This document shows positions 61,107 to 64,000 of a stretch of DNA of 64,000 nucleotides, in pieces. The stretch covers positions 62,001 through 126,000 of the forward strand of contig JALDZS010000008.1 of the NCBI GenBank assembly GCA_022813965.1, read 5' to 3'. Under the pieces are notes generated by a model that saw only the letters and a program-made list of their open reading frames with translations, did no database searches and was not told the origin of the DNA. Both the position numbers and the translations under genes were made by a program. Every line of letters starts with the position of its first letter. Positions within the stretch are counted from its first letter, which is position 1. The stretch comes from Toensbergia leucococca. Lineage: Eukaryota.

Positions 61107-61772
61107 TCAACCGCTCTCCCCCACCCCCACGTCCAACCCTTCCCTACCCTCCCTCTCTTCCTTCTCCTCCCTCTCCACAGCTTCCAAATCACCCTCAAAC
61201 GCCCCCTCCACTCTCCTTTCCCTCACCCTCCAAATATCCTCACTACTCGGCCCACTCTCATACTTCCCTGCCCTCGCCCGATAATGCTCCTGCACCCTTC
61301 TCTTCCGCTCCTCCTCGCCCATCACCCCACGATTCGTGCGCATGCAGAACCAGAAATGCGACCATTGTTCCGAACAGTTGCGGATAGAGCCGTAGCGGTA
61401 GACATTGTTGAACTGGCCGCCCAAAGATTGGCAGTAAAAGGCGGTGTCGAAGGCGGTGCGACAGGAGATGGTCGTTGGGTAGAGGGAGGTGGGGGAGATG
61501 GTGCGGTTGGTGTTTACGAGAGGTTGGGAAGGTGAGGGAGGAGAGGAGGAGGAGGAGGGGGTTGTAGATTCGAGGTCGCGCAGGAGAGCGTCAAGCTCGG
61601 CGTCTGCGAGCTCGTTGCGGGTTAGGGCGCGGGGGGGAGGGGTGTCGTCCGCTATGTCGGGCGGAGAGGGTGGTGGATCAATGGGCGGAGCTGGAGGTTG
61701 GGAGGTTGATTGGCTAGGGGGGGGCTTGTCTTGGTACTGAGGCTCAGGAGTAGAGCTCCACCACCATCCCAT
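61107..61772 (-). CDS. EMI1: Emi1 / DUF3128-family twin-Cys protein
   Basis: MGWWW start, SCRTAFDTAFYCQSLGGQFNNVYRYG..RNCSEQWSHFWFCMR and GPSSEDIW. Confidence 0.88.
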   Translation of the reverse strand: MGWWWSSTPEPQYQDKPPPSQSTSQPPAPPIDPPPSPPDIADDTPPPRALTRNELADAELDALLRDLESTTPSSSSSPPSPSQPLVNTNRTISPTSLYPTTISCRTAFDTAFYCQSLGGQFNNVYRYGSIRNCSEQWSHFWFCMRTNRGVMGEEERKRRVQEHYRARAGKYESGPSSEDIWRVRERRVEGAFEGDLEAVEREEKEEREGREGLDVGVGESG

Positions 61773-62071
61773 TGTGATTTTTCTTTGGATTTGAGCTGAA
61801 GCTGTGACGTTCCAGGAAGTTCAAGATTTGGCAAATATCATACTACTTTTAGCGAGCCCTAAATATTTAGTAGGTGACGGTCGACAGACACCCGCGCGTT
61901 GCGCGAGCACAAACCCTTATTCTAGTCCTGTCTAGGAAAACTCAACGCCTCAGTTCTTGATGGAGCGGATGGATGCTCTGGTTTCTGTGTATAAGGATTG
62001 ACCTAGACATTGCAATGCAGCATGCGCCCACGGCTCCAGCCAGAATTTAGTCACGTCAACTTCTGGTCAGG

Positions 62072-64000
62072 ATGTTAGGACTACGCGGATTTCTAGGTAG
62101 AACTGGCGCAGGGGCGTCCAAAGGGGTATCCAGTAAGCATTCATATGTCACTGGAAACCTTTTTAGGCCACGGCAAGGATCTCCAAGGAAGAACCATGGA
62201 AATGGCCAACGCAATCAGACTACTGAGGCAGGAGATAAAAAGTCTGGCCACATCAACGCTGGGCCAAATGAAGCCATTCTTTTTCTGGATAGTATGCTCC
62301 ATGTCCTTGAAGATCGAACTATGGGTACTGATGCTACGGTGTAGATGTTTTTCCCCTTAAGCTCCGCTTCATGCTTGGACTCCCTTTTATCAACGTTGAT
62401 AAATCTCTCCCAACGCTTCTGAAGCGTCTCAAGAGCCCCGTAGCGGCAGCTGCAGACCCCATGAGCATCATCAAGCGCGCTATACCAGAAAGTCTGCCCA
62501 TCAAAATCACCGACATTCTCCCACGCCTGAAAGAGGGTGGTGCGTTCGTCAAGTTCTCCCACGAGCCCCATATTCAAGTCAACGAGATTGAGGGAACGCT
62601 GCGAGGCTTCTTGAAGGAGAATCCTATCAAGCCATGGTTCAATCCTTTTCGGCGAGTGCGTACGTTCTTGGTCTACGGGAGGCCATGGGTGGAGGATTTA
62701 CATCGTTTTCCAAGCTCGAGGCTGAAGGTGGAATTCCTACCTACCAAACCTGGAGGGGACGCAGCCGAACTTTCCCAGGAGACGTTGTACTCGCTCTTCC
62801 GGAAATATGGAAAACTTGCTGATATCATGCCGCAACCTACAGATTCAAAAGTCCTGCCAAAGTTCGCGTTCCTTAACTTCATAAGAACTAGGAACGCTAT
62901 TATGGCAAAGAATTGCATGCATGGTTTTACGTTGCCGGAAAATCAGGGTGGTGGTATGGCAGGAACAGTCTTGAAACTTGGCTACGAGCAAAAAATCAAA
63001 GCGCACTGGATCAGAGACTGGCTGTTTAGCCACCCGAGAGTTGTGATACCTGCTGTTGCCGCACTGGTTGCCACCATCACTGTAGCAGTATTCGATCCGT
63101 AGGTGTGGTCCCCCCATTCTTATGATCTCACCGCTGATTTCATTTGTAGCATCCGGACGTTTTTCATCAAAGCCCACATTACTCACAACTTTCACATCTC
63201 TACTAACAAAGCCTACAAATGGTTGAGATCACAGGTAACTCGCGCGAACGACATCTTGAACTTCAAAAAGCAAAGGACCGAAGACGCGGGCCTAAGTGCC
63301 ATTTGGGACGATCGAAAAGACGACATTGAACAGATCCAAAGCTGGCTTATGGAAACCGCAGATACCTTTATCGTAGTCCAAGGTCCTCGAGGCTCTGGCA
63401 AAAAGGAACTCGTCATGGATCAAGCTCTCAAGAATCGCAAGAACAAGCTCGTCATCGACTGCAAGCCAATCCAGGAAGCACGAGGCGACAGTGCCACTAT
63501 CTTCGCTGCAGCTGTCGAAGTTGGTTACCGGCCTGTGTTCTCATGGATGAACAGTTTCAGCAGCCTGATTGACCTTGCAGCTCAGGGTACCATTGGAACA
63601 AAGACCGGCTTCTCGGAAACTCTCGAGACTCAGCTGACCAATATATGGCAACAGACTGCGACAGCGCTCAAACAGATTGCTTTGACAGAAGGGCGCAAGA
63701 AAGACGACAAAGACGCAGCACTGAGCGATGACGAGTATCTTGAAGCCCATCCGGAGCGTCGGCCCGTTGTGATCATCGACAATTTCCTTCATAAGAGCCA
63801 AGAGAGCACACTAGTCTATGACAAAATCTCGGAATGGGCCGCTGCACTGACGACCGCCAACATCGCCCATGTCATTTTTCTCACCAACGATGTCTCATTC
63901 TCGAAATCCCTCAGCAAAGCTCTCCCGGACCGGGTATTCCGCCAGATATCACTCGGCGACTGCACGCCAGGGGTGGCGAAGCGATACGTAATCAACCAGC
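62072..64000 (+). CDS. YME2: Mitochondrial escape protein 2 (RRM plus RNA12 AAA-like domain), 3' truncated by the window
   Basis: Basic presequence, PRLKEGGAFVKF, GRPWVEDL.RFPS, LSQETLYSLFRKYG, a TM segment and QGPRGSGKKELV. Introns at ~62292-62345 and ~63099-63150. Confidence 0.95.

Overview
This is eukaryotic DNA from a filamentous ascomycete (Pezizomycotina): short GT-AG introns with CTRAY branch points and fungal-type orthologues. The narrower taxon cannot be fixed from this window. Conserved core genes: APC15-family gene, PGA1, alpha-tubulin, EDE1, HSF1, CWC27, GLT1, ribokinase, cytosolic HSP70, EMI1-family gene and YME2 (truncated at the window end). Accessory genes: four F-box-like ORFs, a RING-finger protein, a small secreted protein, and a Zn2Cys6 TF / beta-lactamase-like pseudogene / RTA1 mini-cluster. 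A decayed island of about 11 kb (18.3-29.3 kb) holds an APH/AIM9-like pseudogene, a J-domain-like relic and a possible Ulp1-like relic. The more unusual observations are: an F-box-like ORF overlapping the PGA1 stop codon (possibly bicistronic); a TA-flanked hairpin MITE-like element upstream of GLT1; a TF intron that looks like two abutting introns; a GC-AG intron with a duplicated GC donor in RTA1; a triplicated ~135-bp upstream unit; and repeated C-rich to G-rich skew switches that do not depend on gene orientation. I found no tRNA, rRNA, CRISPR array or intact transposase. All calls come from reading the sequence; no searches were run, and I cannot confirm that any feature is previously undescribed.
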